This document shows, piece by piece, positions 1 through 13,759 of a stretch of DNA of 64,000 bases. The DNA lies in assembly GCF_018350175.1 (NCBI RefSeq), contig NC_058383.1, forward strand, positions 25,546,001 to 25,610,000. Reading direction: 5' to 3'. Each line of letters begins with the position of its first letter. Position 1 is the first letter of the stretch. The notes under the pieces are model-generated. The model saw nothing but the letters and a program-made list of their open reading frames with translations. It did not search any database and was not told the origin of the DNA. The position numbers were made by a program, and so were the translations under genes. Source of the stretch: Felis catus. Lineage: Eukaryota.

Positions 1-262
1 AGATGCTTGACTCAGCATACTGAGATCAGGGAAGGCTTTAAAAGTAAAAAATCTACCAGCCAAAGAGCTACAGGCAAGGAAGGCATTCCAGGCAGAAGAA
101 ATAGCCCATTCAGTGCTATGAAGGAAAGAAAGAGTGCTGTGCATTTAGGCAAAAGCTCATAAAGTGAAGAGCAAGGTGCATTTGCATGAGTTACAGAAGG
201 GAGCTGATGGTGTGAGAGGTGTCTTGTTGGTCATGCAAAAATCCTGGATTTTGGCTACAGAG

Positions 263-294
263 CAGAGGTCTCAAACTAGTTGCCCACAGGCCAC

Positions 295-352
<58 letters not shown>

Positions 353-557
353 GTTTGAAAGCCTCTCCTAAAGCACTGGAAGACCTGGCCAGTTGGCTGT
401 CATTCCCTCATGGAAAACCACCAGGAAGAACTAAATAGTGGCTGCTCTCTTGAAGGAGGGCATGAACTACTCAGTTCATTAAAGGTCCCTGCATGCCCAC
501 CTCACATATTGATATTACCTGCCTGGCCCTGTTGCCATTTGAATTTTCAAACCTTGG
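263..557 (+). mobile_element. hAT-Charlie MER102-like relic containing a (TG)n microsatellite
   Basis: CAGAGGTCTCAAACT start, internal GAAGACCTGGCC...CATTCCCTCATGG, and TTACCTGCCTGGCCCTG...CATTTGAATTT end resemble the recalled MER102 consensus. Confidence 0.55.
297..350. repeat. (TG)n microsatellite
   Basis: Direct perfect TG run. Confidence 0.98.
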
Positions 558-3500
558 CATAGAGCCATTGACAGGAGCAAGCTTGGAATGACTCCTCATG
601 CTGCCTTGGTATGATTGATTCAGTAAGTTCTGAGCACCCTGAGCCCAAGGAATAGGTCTTGTACTCCCAAGAGCCTATTCCAGGCTTGGCACGTAGGTGG
701 GCATCACTAAATTTATGTTGAACGAAATTGGATTCACGTGGAAGATTCTGGCACAAATCCTCTTCAGAGAAGAATGATAATCTCTCTCTCACACTGAACA
801 CTAAATTAATTTCCAGTTGCCTTTGATCATATCACCTGACTCATTTTCTGCAGTAAACCCTTGGTAAGCTCCCAGTCTATTCAAAATTGTTAACCAGAAC
901 TTCTGTGTGTCTGTGATGTTGTGTTAATCTATATTTGTAGTTAGTCATTCATTCAACAGTATTTATTAAGCAGCTACTGCATGCCAGAAACTGTGTAAGA
1001 GGTTGGAAATGTATTAGTAATAATAAGCAAAACAGATACACTTCCTGCCCTTCTAGAGTTCTAACCCCTCTAATAGTAATGATGGTGAAATTTATATAGC
1101 ATGCATGGTACAAGTATGCATCGTACTTGTTCTAGGCATCTTCCCTATATTTATTTATTTAATGCTCATAGAAGCCTGTGATAGCTGCCAAATCATCATC
1201 CTTTTTATAGATGAGTAAACTGAGGCACATTATTAAGTAAATTGCCCAGGATGACACAGCTAAAAAGTGGCAAAGGCAGATTTGAACCCTAGCAGTCTGG
1301 CTCTGGAATCTGTTCTCTGTGCCCTTGTCTTTCTGGAATAACAGTGGGAGCCCCCGAAATGCCTCTTGAATCATCAAACTAGCAGACTTTAAAGTTGTGG
1401 TCAGTTCCAGTAGTGTTTATAGCAATGGAACCATAAGTAGACAGATTAATCGTAGCAATGTGCTCTGGAACCTAGTGAATGTTCAAGTTTTTCCTGACAT
1501 CATGTTACTGCTTTTCTTTTTTCTTTTTTTTTTAAGTTGGAGACCCTTGATGCAGACCTAATACTGGAAAGCAGCTGGAGGTACAAAGTCGCCAGCTAAT
1601 TGTCGCCATTTATACACAGTCTTAGCTCCAGGGCAACCAGCTGTCCCTAAGAAGTAGCCCCTTAGAAGAAAAGCCTTCAGGCTAGAAAGACAGCATGGGT
1701 CACTGGCTGAAGAATTATTTGTTTAATTTATCTCTTATATCTATTAGATTCTTAGTTCTTGACTGTGCTGCCCACAGGCCTGCCTCCCTAGCTCATACCA
1801 TTCCTGGATGTTGGAGTGCCCAGTCTCCCTGGTCTCCTCTTTCATGCCTCTGTGTAGCATTCCCTGACCCCACTGGGGGGCCTTGTTGCTGCTCTCTCCC
1901 CATAGACCTGAGAAAATGCCTGGAGCAGCCTGAGTCACTCTTGCTGCTTGGTCATGCAAACTCTTTGCCATTCTTGCTAGCAGAGAGATCTACCTCCCCT
2001 CATCAGCAGCCTCAGCACTGTGAATGGCACACAGCACACGTCCAGCACATGCCTTTTGAGTGCAAGAAGGCCCAGAGAAATACGTGACTTACCCAAGGCC
2101 ACAAAGCTAGTAGGTAGCAGAACAGAATTCTACTTGGTCAACATACATTGTAAGCTCTGTGTGGACTTGATCTGCTTGTGTGTCTCCACATTACTGCATC
2201 ACCCATGTCTGGCAAAGGGCCTAGTAATGGTGGGGCTCAGTAAATGTTTGTTGAATGAATAAGTGAGCACCAACTTCATTTAATTCTTCCTTTTTCCTTG
2301 CCTGCACTGAAGAAGACAGGCAACGGAAAACAAGGCTTTTTGTGTTGACTTTGTGTTGACTGTGTTTTGTATGCACAATTGATAAGCTATTTGCCCGAAG
2401 CTAAAAATACCTACCCCTGGCAGCCATTGGGAGGCAGATGGATGGTGCTAAGCACAAGATGTTTAATCAAACAGTGACAACCCGAGCAGAGCCACAATTA
2501 GCCTCTGACACCCCAGTGAACTCTAGATGAAGAGCCCGGAAGCCTCTGACTTCCTGTTGGTCCCCTGGCACCCACTGACCATCACCCTGGGTCCACAAAA
2601 CAGCACAAACAAATGAGCATCCTGTGTGCAAGGCAGTCACCAGCTGGAAGTCAGGGGATGGGCAGTGTGGGCTGAAACTGAGCACCCGGGACAAATACGA
2701 GGGAGAATTAGCCAGTGGGGAGCATCATTCAATATTGGAAAGGGCAATGGAGAGTGCCAGCTGATACACATATTTAAAAAAAAAAAAAAAAGGAAAGAAA
2801 GAGAAAGAACAAACTGGCCTATTTCTATATAATGGTCAGTTCACTAGAGCTAATTACGGAAGCATCTGGACAAGCACGTGCATCAAATGGACTCTAAGTC
2901 TAATAAATTGTTTTTGAATCCTAAGTCCAGGACACACTTGATGTCTGTTCGGGCCAGTTTCTTAACCCACTGAGCCTCAGTGTTTTCATCCCTATAATGG
3001 GGATATTAATAGTACATATCTCCCAATGTCATGTGAGGATTCAATTTAATGTTAAGTAAAACCTCTAACAAGTGAGCCACATGGGGTAAATGTTTTAAAA
3101 AGGGAACTGTTATTAATACATGCATTAGTTATTACTAAATGTGCTCAGCTCTAATATAACAGGTATCCATAAACAGGAGAACTGGAAAAGGCATTTGATT
3201 CCTTAACAGCCAACTACTTAACCCTTCAGTCTTTCTTATCAATAAAGGGATGGAAAGAGTGCCTAGTTTATTCGTAAGGATTAAATGTTGGATATTTAAT
3301 ATTAGATACTATGATATTAGATGACATTTGATCTGAAACATGCTTCATATATATGAAGGGATGGGTTTTAGGGCCTGAAACACAGTAAGTGCTCATAACT
3401 TCCAGGGGCCCTGAAAAAATGGTAATGGGTCTTCTGTCTCATGCCTCTTTGCCTTGGGACATGGCAGTTCACTCTCCCTGGAGAGTCCTTCCTTGTCTTG

Positions 3501-3726
3501 TGTACCTGTCAAACTACCACTCACCCTAACTAGATGCGAGCTATGATACTATCTTTATTATTATTGCTTTATTGGTAACTGGCTCATTTTTGCAGCCCTG
3601 GAAGCTGAAGCCCTGAGAAGGGAAATGGCTTGTCCACGGGCACACACAGGTCTATGTCAGAACCTAATTGAAGCCTGAGGCATCTCCCAACAAAATTGGG
3701 ATGCCTAGGCACACTTTTTCCCCCAT

Positions 3727-3960
3727 CTTAATGAGATATAATTGACCTACATTGCAGTATAAGTTTAAGGTATAGAGCATAATGGTTTGGCTTACATATA
3801 TTATGAAATTATGGCCACAAGAAGCTTATCATCCATGACCTCAAACAGCTACAATTAAAAGAGAAAGCAAAGAGAGAAAAGGATTTTTTTTCCTTACGAT
3901 GCGAACTCTTAGGGTTTACTCTGCATTAACAACTTGCACATGTATCTCAGACAGCAGTGT
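3727..3960 (-). mobile_element. old L1 (L1MA/MB-like) 3' end fragment
   Basis: TTAATGAGATATAATTGAC...TATAAGTTTAAGGT pattern is typical of antisense L1M 3' UTR ends. Confidence 0.55.
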
Positions 3961-4794
3961 TAAGGACACTTTCATTGACCGAGTATAATGAGTCAGAGGT
4001 CTTTTCTACAGCCAATTCTCCCATCCTCAAGAAATACAGCAGGAGAATCCCCTGCCTAGACTTGCCAGTGATTCTTCCTCCATGTCAAGCCTTCACCTCG
4101 TTCAGATCATCTCCTTCATCACACTCGTGCATACTAACTAACCGTGGCCACTTACTGTCCACTCTGCCCATGCCAGGCTCTGTGCCAAGAGCTTTAGGCA
4201 TGTGACCTCCTCTGATTCCCCAACAATCTTCTGGGAAACACATGTCACTGGTTCTCCTACTTTACTGAGGAGGATGCTGAAGCTTCTGGTGTTACTTGTC
4301 CAAGAATGACAGCTAGAAAGGAGCAGATCTGAGTGCAGTTCATCTATACTCCAAAATATATGCCTGTCATTTTAAGGAGCCTGTCCCTTCTGGAAACTCT
4401 TACATTCTATGTTTGCTGGAAAGACAGCTCAAGCTCTGCCCCTATCTGTGTTTGCAACAAACCCTGGAGCCATAAAAACACAGCTGCATCTATCACTTGA
4501 CCCAGGATGGTACCACTGAGTGCTTTCAAGATACTTCTTCGACTTACCAGCTGTGCCATGTTGGACAGGTGCTTAACCCTCCCTTCATCAGTTTCCTTCT
4601 TTGTAAATGGAGACCAGAGCCTACATTCTCTTTGCACTGTTATGCCCTCACATCTTTCTTTAAATCAACTCATTTTCTTAATAAACTGAACTTATTTTAT
4701 AAGCATGTTTTTAATCACTACCCTAAATGAAAAAATAACATTCCTCTAATTCCATTTAAACTAAACACATAACTTTTAAAGTAAAATTATTCAT

Positions 4795-4873
4795 TGAGGA
4801 GGGCACCTTTTGGGATGAGCACTGGGTGTTGTATGGAAACCAATTTGACAATAAATTTCATATATTGAAAAAA
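4795..4873 (+). mobile_element. 79-bp extremely 5'-truncated young feline L1 with TSD
   Basis: Matches the 3' terminus of the L1s at 33037 and 38339 (GAGGAGGGCACCTTTTGGGATGAGCACTGGG...AATAAA...poly-A). Perfect 17-bp TSD AAAGTAAAATTATTCAT at 4778-4794 and 4874-4890. Confidence 0.92.
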
Positions 4874-7609
4874 AAAGTAAAATTATTCATCAGTGAATCA
4901 CATAAAATCACCTCATCTCTACAGAGCCAAGAGGCTCATAGTAGGTGCTCAATGTATAGTAGTCATAAGAAAATAAACTTTGGCACCAAGCAGTATGGTT
5001 TGGAAACTTTTGAGTCTATTGGCCAACTTGAGACCTAGCAGTTGTCATGGTTACCCCAAGACGGTGCTCCTGGTCAAAAAGTCAGAAGGAATTTTGCAGT
5101 CAAGAGAAGGCCAAATGATTGGCCCAGATGAATGTGATGACCAGTCCAGGTACTAATTCACTTTCCCCCATTGTCTTGAGTCAGACTAGCCTGGCAACCA
5201 TCTTAGCTCTTGCCGACTATTCATCTGCAAGGGTTAGCCTTACTAGATCTCAACTAGTTCTGGTCTACAATGGAAACCACTGCTTTGTTAGATTCTAGGA
5301 AAAGCCAGGAAGACTGCATCCTGTATCCAGGGCTCAAAGCCCTGGGGCAAATCCACAGCATTTGTTCCACCATGGCAAATATCACTAATCCAACACAGCA
5401 CTACTAAACTCAGGCATGGTTTTAGGACAGGGAACATGGTAGCCACTACCAAAAGACTGAAGATGAACCGTGTTTTGCCATTCCTGTCTCAGGCTGTGCA
5501 ATCACCCTTCACATGAGACTGTAGAAATAGAGGAAATACTACCCTTAGCTTTGAAAATAATCCACTCCAGTGCTAAATGCGGTGACAAATAGGGGTCTCC
5601 ACAAGAAAATAGAGAAGAACATGATAGTAAAGCTACAAAGAAAATTAAAGAGCTATCAAAATAAAAACTAAAATTTTAAAAGAACAAAGGCTATTTCAGA
5701 GAAAGCAAGAGGCAACTGAGTCATCGTGTAACAATGGCTCTTCAGGGCCCTAGATAACAGCCAGCGTTCCTCTCCACCAAGCAGAGAAACAAAGTGAGGA
5801 GTAGCCGGTGGAATACCACTGCAGCTAGAGGGATTAAGTTAGAGGCAATAAAGAATTTCAGGATAGGGTGACAGGATTATTAGTGCCTGGAATTATAGTT
5901 TAAGGGAAACTAGAATCTTCTCTGGGATTCCTGGAGAGCTCAGACTCTCTCTGACTCATCTCTGCTCCCAGCACAGTGTCTGGCCTCTAGCTCAATAATT
6001 GTCTGCTGAACTGCACTTGCCAGGTGTAAAATGTAACAATAGGTAACATAGGTGTAAAAAGAAACAACAGGTAAAATTTACTGAGGGCTCATTATGTGCC
6101 AAAAACTATGCTAAGCATTACACACACGTATTTCATGTATCTTTATAACAACCAACGGGGGTATGTTTATTATGATGCCCATTTCACAGGTGTAGGAACT
6201 GAGGCTCAGAGAGATTAACACTACACTTCACAAACTCTTCCAACTAGGATAGGTTCTTATGTACCTGGATATTTTGGGTGAGGTTAAGCCTGAAAAGAAC
6301 AACAACAACAAACCCAAATGGCTCTTTAGAGCCCATCTGGGAATCTGGAAGCCATCCCTCAAGGACTGCCTTTCCCATAGGGTGAGGGTTGGGACCCACT
6401 GCCTGTCCTCACTAGTCCACAGTCAGTTTTGTGCCACTAACAACCAAAAGCAAGAAAGACTTTTGCATTCCCAAACTTCTGTCCTGGAGCAAGAGGAACA
6501 ATGAAGAGACAAGATGGCCACTGGCCAGCTAGTAGTGCCTGAGGTTGGAACCACATGGCAAGACAGCTACCCTCAATTCCTTCCCTGCTCCTCTCCTAGG
6601 AGCCCTCAGGGCAGAACCACCTGAAGACCTTCTAGTACCATCCATGGAGGCCAAAAAGACTGAACACCAAGTCGTCAGCATCATGCTTTATTCCCTCTTC
6701 TTCCCTACCCTCCAAGATCCAGAGTGGAACAGGTAACAGTGAGGAAGATGACAACCTCCAAGAGTCAATGCCCATCACACAATTCAATCTCCACTCCCCA
6801 GCTGATCTAAACAAAGGCAGTGCTGACTTCTTGCCTGGGAGGCTTAAACATTGCTTCTCCTAAAAGTCTATCCTTGGGGCATCTCCCAGGAACAGCTAAA
6901 ATAACACCATTGAAATTGCTTACAATGTTAGGGGTCCTTGTACTTCTGTAGGACAACAGGCCTAACTCTTCCAGTGCAAAAAACAGACAACGTTAAGGAG
7001 GAGAGATGCATTTAAGTCACCAAGGATGGTGAAATTCACAAGAACATAATTTAGGATGCAGAAAAAGAGGATTTGCAGAAGGGAACCTCAGGAATCAGCC
7101 CAGATAAGAAATTCTCTGTCCTTTTCGGAAGACCTCCATGAACCAAGCAACTGTGGTGTCTGGCCTGCTCTCGTTCACATAGCAGCCATTATAATCAAAA
7201 GTTCTTCTTGGTGCCTAATCTAAATCCTTTTGTAGTTTCAACTTGAGTTCTTTTCCTTTTTACAAATTTTCTTAGCTGCCTTTAGGAAGAAAGAGAGATA
7301 TGGAAAGAGGGAGAGAGGGAGGAAGAAGGGGAAAAAACTGTTACCCTTTAAACCAGCATTTCTACTTTTGGGAATTTATTCTACAGATAAACAAAAAGAC
7401 ACTTAATGAAGTTCTACAGTGGCCAAACAAAAAATAAAATAAATAATGTTCAGCCATAGGTGAATATTTCATGAATATTATTGACATGGGAAAAATCCAC
7501 GATTTATTTCTAATTTCAAAAAATATCAATTTGCACAACAGTTTTATTGTATGATCTCCTTGTGTAGCAGTAATTATTATTACTAATTACATTTATAATT
7601 TATAATAAC

Positions 7610-7975
7610 TGCTGTCACTTGGGGTTCCACTGAGCTGGACATCAAAGATGGCACACTCAAATGGCTGACAATTAATGTTGGATTCGGCTATGAGATCACC
7701 TGGGGCTTTCAACCAGAGTCCTGCACACCTTTCCATCTGACTTGGGCTTCTCATAGCTGGGTTCCAAAATGGAACATCCCAAGACCAAGTATTCAGAAGG
7801 CCCACATATTACCTGGACATACAAGGTCACCCCTGTATGTACAGACCCATAGTCTATTGTTCAAAAGTAAATCACAGGACCAGCTCCAATTCAAGGGAAG
7901 GAGACTACCCAAAGGCATGAATATTCAGACATGTGGTTCATCAAGGGCTATCTATGAGACTAGGCACTACAATAC
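7610..7975 (-). mobile_element. MLT1-type (MaLR) LTR fragment
   Basis: CAAAGATGGCACACTCA...GCTTGGGCTTCTCATAGC...CAAGGGAAGGAGACTAC-like motifs of antisense MLT1. Confidence 0.5.
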
Positions 7976-10570
7976 CTTTGGAAAATGGGATTTGGACAGA
8001 CTTTCACATTCCAATGTCTAATGTAGTAGTTAAATATATAAACTGGGAGGCAGAAAGCCTGGTTTAATGTCCTAGATCACCACTTGCTTGCTGTGTGACC
8101 TCGAACAAGTTTCTTAACCTCTCTTGAGCCTTGATGCTCTCAAAGCATAGTTCCAACCTCAAAGGTGGTTGTGAAGAATTAAATGATATATGGTCTGTTA
8201 AGATGCTTACAAGTAAATGCTCAATAAAAACAAGCTAATAATAATATAATTACATGTCAATATAATGTTTAAGTTTTTATAAGTATATGTTTTACTTTTG
8301 TAATTGAAAAAACTAATTTTCAATGACAAAAAAAAAATCCAGCAGAAATGAGAGAGATAAACTCAAAACTCCCAGTCAATGCTCTGTTCCAGCTACTTCT
8401 TCCAAGGAACCTACAGGAACCGTATACTCCTCACAGACACAGAAAATACCTCTGGAAAACTTTGACCCTTTACCTCTGCACCAGTAGGCCATTCGGTGGT
8501 AGTGTCTGACAGCCAAACCCATGTTGTTCTTTCAGCCACTCCCCAAATCCTCTCAGGTTTGAGCATAGTAAGCTGCAAAGTACAGGAAATTAATTCCCCC
8601 AAGAATATAACCAAGAAGCTTTGCAATCACAAAACACGGGCTTTCTATTACCCAGGAGCTTAAAACTGCCCTGTGACACCATTGACAGAAAGGATTTGCT
8701 TTTTTGAAGCACTGACATTTTGATTGTGAAGTTCACTGGGGCTTGCTTAGGTTTCCACAACAACAGAGTCTTGGGCTGGTTAGTTTGAGAGAAAACCTGA
8801 GAAATAGAATATCAGGCGGTGATGACTTGGGTTTCTTTGGTTGTTTTCTTTGTTTGTTTGTTTGTTTGTTTGTTTGTTTGTTTCACCCATTATAAATACG
8901 CACAGACCCTGTCAACACCACTCCTTTTCTTTGGGGGAAAACGTGCCACCAAAGAAATGAAGGGATTTCTTGATGTAATTACAGCAAATATGAAACCTTA
9001 AGAGTTGAAAACTCTACCTTCTCATTTCTTTTTCAGAAAATCAATACACAGGCATCTTTCCATTCCCCTCCAAGTTTCTGTGGCTCACACATGCTCTCTC
9101 ATCCCAAGGATCTCCTAAGTGTGCTTGATGTTGCCTTGGGGGCAAATCTATCCGTACAAAAGAAACGGGAGACTCAGTGTCTGCGGGTTAGTTTCTCAAG
9201 AGAGACAATTACTAGAAACTTAAGGAAATGTCAAATAGGAATACGTAGCAATTTCGTTTGGACTCAATGACTTGCCTGACTTAAAGCATTAATTAGATGG
9301 GGCTGAAATATTTTTTAAAGAGCTTGGATATGGAAAATTTTTAGCACCACACTTCAAATAGCATTCATCTGGGGAGTAAGAGACAGTGGTGAAGAGTCAC
9401 TCCCTGCCGAACATATAGTAAGGTTTTTTTTTTCCCCTGGGGAGACCCCAGCATTTATCCATTCCTGCTTCCTTATAGGCTGGCAGGTGGGGCAGGAACA
9501 TGGGAGAGAAATGATAGCACTTAGTTCTAAGTCAGGGGCAACCCAGGAAACAGGAAATCACTTTCCTCCAGCTGAGAACCCTTTCCTGTGATCAAAAATA
9601 AACAACACAGAACTTGATATGCCATAAAGTCAGAAAGAACTAGAGTCACTTTCTGGCTCTCCCACTTACTCCGGATATGGCTTTGGGCAAATAACCTAAA
9701 GATCCAATCCTCAGTTTCCTCATCTATAAAATGGGGATGATAATAGGACTGATAAGAGGCCTTCTTTCTGTTCCATGAATACCATATTCATTCCCACCTC
9801 AGGGCCTTTGCACTTGGCATTCCCACTGCCTAGAATTCCTTTCCCACAAGTCTTTTCACGGCAGATAACCTTCTTTTCACCCTTAATTAAACTCAAATGT
9901 CACTTCCTAACCTAAAGAATAATCTCCCATCAATTTGTCTCATCCCTGGGTTTTATTCTGGATAGTATGCTGTCTGAAATTCTCTTGTACATTTTTATAG
10001 TTATTTATTGTCTGTCTTCCTCACCATACAATAAAGCAACTTGTGCATTTTGTTAACCCCTGCATCTCCAACGCCTCATACAATGCCTGGCACATAGGAA
10101 ATGCTCTGCTAAAATTTGCTAAAGGAGTGGACTCTCAGTCAATAGCTAACATTCATTGAAAACTTAACCACATGCCACGCACTGTTCTAAACACTTTGTA
10201 AAAATTATCTCACTTGATTCTCAAAACAACCCTCTCAAGGAGATATTCTTATTAACCCGATTTTATAAAGAAGGAAACTGACATGCAGAGAGATTGAATA
10301 AATCTGCCCAAAGGCAAAGAGCCAATAAGCAGTAGGGCCAGGACTAAACTCCAGCAGCCCAGCCCCAGACTCCACACACTTAATCCAGAGTCCTGATGCT
10401 CTTTGATACGTAACCATCAGACCTGATTTTACAGCTTGAATTTACGAAGCCCTGAGTGTATATGATTAGATCAAAGTAGCCAGACTTTTGACCCACACCT
10501 TCCCCCAAATCATTCTATGTGTGTTCACCAATCCCTCTTAAATCACCTGTGTGTTCTCTCTCATTTATCT

Positions 10571-10788
10571 TTTTTTTTTAATTTATCTTTATTTATTTTT
10601 GAGAGACAGAATGAGACAGAGCATGAGCAGAGGAGGGGCAGAGAGAGGAGACACAGACTCTGAAGCAGCCTCCAAGCTCTGAGCGAGCATTCAGCACAGA
10701 GCCCGATGTGTGGCTCGAACCCACAAACCGTGAGATCATGACCTGAGTCGAAGTAAGACACCTAACCAACTGAGCCACCCAGGCGCCT
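10571..10788 (-). mobile_element. Can-SINE (SINEC_Fc type)
   Basis: Antisense tRNA-derived head, (CT)n linker and poly-T. TSD CTCTCTCATTTATCT at 10556-10570 and 10787-10801. Confidence 0.93.
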
Positions 10789-10981
10789 CTCTCATTTATC
10801 TCTTTAATACTTAGTTACTTGTGTGTTTTTCTATACTTTCTGAGTGGAGACTCTGAATACCAATTTGTTTCTACCATGGGCCCATGCACACAGAAGGTAG
10901 ATGCTAAATACTTTTTGAAAAGATTTCTAAATGAATAAAACATTTTGGAACATTTTTCAACACAATACAGCAAGAGTGTGT

Positions 10982-11100
10982 GGGTGCTTGGGTGGCTCAG
11001 TCGGTTGAGCATACAACTCTTGATTTCAGCTTAGGTCATGATCCCAGGGTCATGGGATTGAGCCCTGTTGGGCTCCACAGTGAGCATGTGGCTTTCTTAA

Positions 11101-11180
<80 letters not shown>

Positions 11181-11240
11181 CTCTCTCCCTCTGCCCCTCT
11201 CCCCAACTTGCTTTCTCTCTACAATAAAAATAAAATAAAA
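10982..11240 (+). mobile_element. Can-SINE (older subfamily) with long (CT)n
   Basis: GGGTGGCTCAGTCGGTTGAGC A-box head, (CT)n at 11103-11175 and AATAAA tail. Confidence 0.9.
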
Positions 11241-11265
11241 TGTACATTCTATTAAAAAAAGAGAA

Positions 11266-11480
11266 GGGGCGCCAGGGTGGCTCAGTCAGTTAAGCCTCTG
11301 ACTTCAGCTCAGGTCATGATTTTGCAGTCTGTGAGTTCGAGCCCCACATCTGGCTCTGGGCTGACGGCTCAGAGCCTGGAGCCTGCTTCAGATTCTGTGT
11401 CTCCCTCTCTCTCTGCCCCTCCCCACTCAGGCTCTGTCTCTCTCTCTCTCAAAAATAAATAAACATTAAAAATTTTTAAA
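11266..11480 (+). mobile_element. Can-SINE (SINEC_Fc type)
   Basis: GGGGCGCCAGGGTGGCTCAGTC head, GAGTTCGAGCC B-box, CT-rich linker and A-tail. Confidence 0.93.
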
Positions 11481-11949
11481 AGAGAGAGAGAACAAAAATG
11501 TATACAAAGCAAGTAGAAAATTAACATTAGCATTCCTTGCCTTAATAAACCCAACTCTTCATGCTTTTGCCATCTCAGGGCCTTTGCATATGCCGTTTTC
11601 CTTGCCTGAAACACACTTTCTACTCTCACCCTTTTTGCCTATTTACTTCCTCCTGGTTCTCCAAATTTCAGCTTGAACATCATTTCCTCAGTAAATCTTT
11701 TATTTATCACTCATACCACTTACAGCTTCCAGTTACATATTTTCTACTGTGGCTCTTCAGTTAACTTTTTGGTTTTTTGCCTAAAAGATTCTAAACTCCA
11801 TGAAGGCAAGACCATCCATGTCTATTTTGGTCAACATCTCCTCCCAGGGCATAGCTCATAATCAATGCACAAAAACACTGTTGAATGCATGAATAAACTT
11901 TTGAAATTTCGTGTTTACAAATACAAAAAAAACTTTGCTTTAATGGGGC

Positions 11950-12169
11950 TTTTTTTAAAAAATTTTTTAATGTTTATTTATTTTTGAGAGAGACCGACAG
12001 AGTGCAAGTGGGGGAGGGGCAGGGAGCAAGGGAGACACAGAATCCGAAGCAGGCTCCAGGCTCCGAGCTGTCAGCACAGAGCCTGATGTGGGGCTCAAAC
12101 CCACGAACCGTGAGATCATGACCTGAGCTGAAGTCGGACGCTTAACCGACTGAGCCACCCAGGCGCCCC
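11950..12169 (-). mobile_element. Can-SINE (SINEC_Fc type)
   Basis: Ends CTGAGCCACCCAGGCGCCCC; poly-T at left. Confidence 0.93.
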
Positions 12170-12419
12170 AGGACCTCTTTTCTTAAGTAGTGACTTCAAA
12201 TAGAATTTACTCATTATTTTTCTCTTTTGTATACACTGTAATATACCTGCATGGTACCCCCACCACTACCTGGAATTATTCATATTGCAGAGTGGTTTAG
12301 AGCATGGGCATTGGTCCTGGGTTTGAATTCTGGCTAATAAATATCATAAATGCTTAACTCTTCACTGCTTCAAAATATTATTTCAAAGTGCTTTGAAAAA
12401 GAGCAAGAATAGCACAGAC

Positions 12420-13500
12420 TTAAAAACAAAAACTAACAGTAGGAAATACAGAGAGGATATGAGGAAACTAGAACTCTCATACCCTGCTGTTGGGAATGTA
12501 AGTTAGTAAAACCACTTTACAGACCAATTCAGCTGTAGATGGTAGAGATAAAGATGCACTTACTCTAGAACATAATAAATATACTTGTACATGTATATTA
12601 CCCAAGAGAAACTCTCAAATATCAAGCTGTTAACTACAGCAGTTTTTAATAGCAAAACCTTGGGACTAATTTAACTGTACATTGTTTTATTTTTTGTTTT
12701 AATTTTTTTTAATGTTTATTTTTGAGAGAGACAGAGTGTCAGCAGGGGTGGGTCCGAGAGAGAGAGAGAGGGAGACACCAAATCTGAAGCAGGCTTCAGG
12801 CTCTGGACTGTCAGCACAGAGCCTGATGCAGGGCTTGAACTCAAGAACTGTGAGATTATGACCTGAGCCGAAGTCGGAGGCTTAACCAACTGAGCCACCC
12901 AGGTGCCCCTAAATGTACATTGTTTTATACGCGCACGCTCACACACACACACACACACATATGTCTATATATGTATATATGCACATATTATGTAGACATA
13001 CATGTGTGTACATGCCTATTATACAGAAATATATACAGACATGTGTATATATATGTACAGATTTGTCTCTGTACGTATATGCGAATAAGTAAATTACAGT
13101 AATTTTATATAATGGAATCCTATATAGTCATTAAAATAAGTGAATGAGAGCTGCATGTATCAACAATATGGTCTCTAAAACATAATGTTGAGTGGAAACA
13201 GAAGCATATAGAATGGATGGTCCAATCTAAAGAAAAGTAAGGGTATGCAAATGTGGCCCTGAAGATTACAGCATGGGGTTTGCCTCTAGAGACAGAGAAA
13301 GAAGGAGGGAAGGAAAAGAATGGGCCTGGGACAATTTCAAAGAGGACTTCAATTGTATCTACAGTGTCAGTTCTTTTTTTTTTAAGAACTGAAACAAATA
13401 TGTTAAAATGTTAAAATTTATTTAATCTGAGTGAAGAGTGCACCAGGATATGTATATTACAAGCTAATTTTACAAGTGAACTATTGTATAACATTTTAAA
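12420..13500 (+). mobile_element. degenerate old L1M 3' region interrupted by a SINE
   Basis: GAGGATATGAGGAAACTAGAACTCTCATACCCTGCTGTTGGGAATGTAA (ORF2 end) and later L1M 3' UTR-like motifs. Confidence 0.55.
12691..12909 (-). mobile_element. Can-SINE (SINEC_Fc type)
   Basis: Antisense SINE. TSD TAA(C/A)TGTACATTGTTTTAT at 12672-12690 and 12910-12928. Confidence 0.93.
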
Positions 13501-13759
13501 AAGTGAGATTAAGAGAGATTCACATGTCAACTCTACCACCAGACTTCAGAAAAGAGACATAAATTCTCTGACACTCCTGTTTTCAAAATAGGATTAATAG
13601 TGTCGACTGAAAATTAATGGGATTCAATGTGCAGAATGACTTATAGATATTATCCACTGGAATATCATTTTAGAATGAGTCTCTAACAACTTTCCAGATG
13701 TGTCTTATTCAGAGACACTTTTTTTTTAATTGATCAGAAATTATATGCATGCATGTCAA

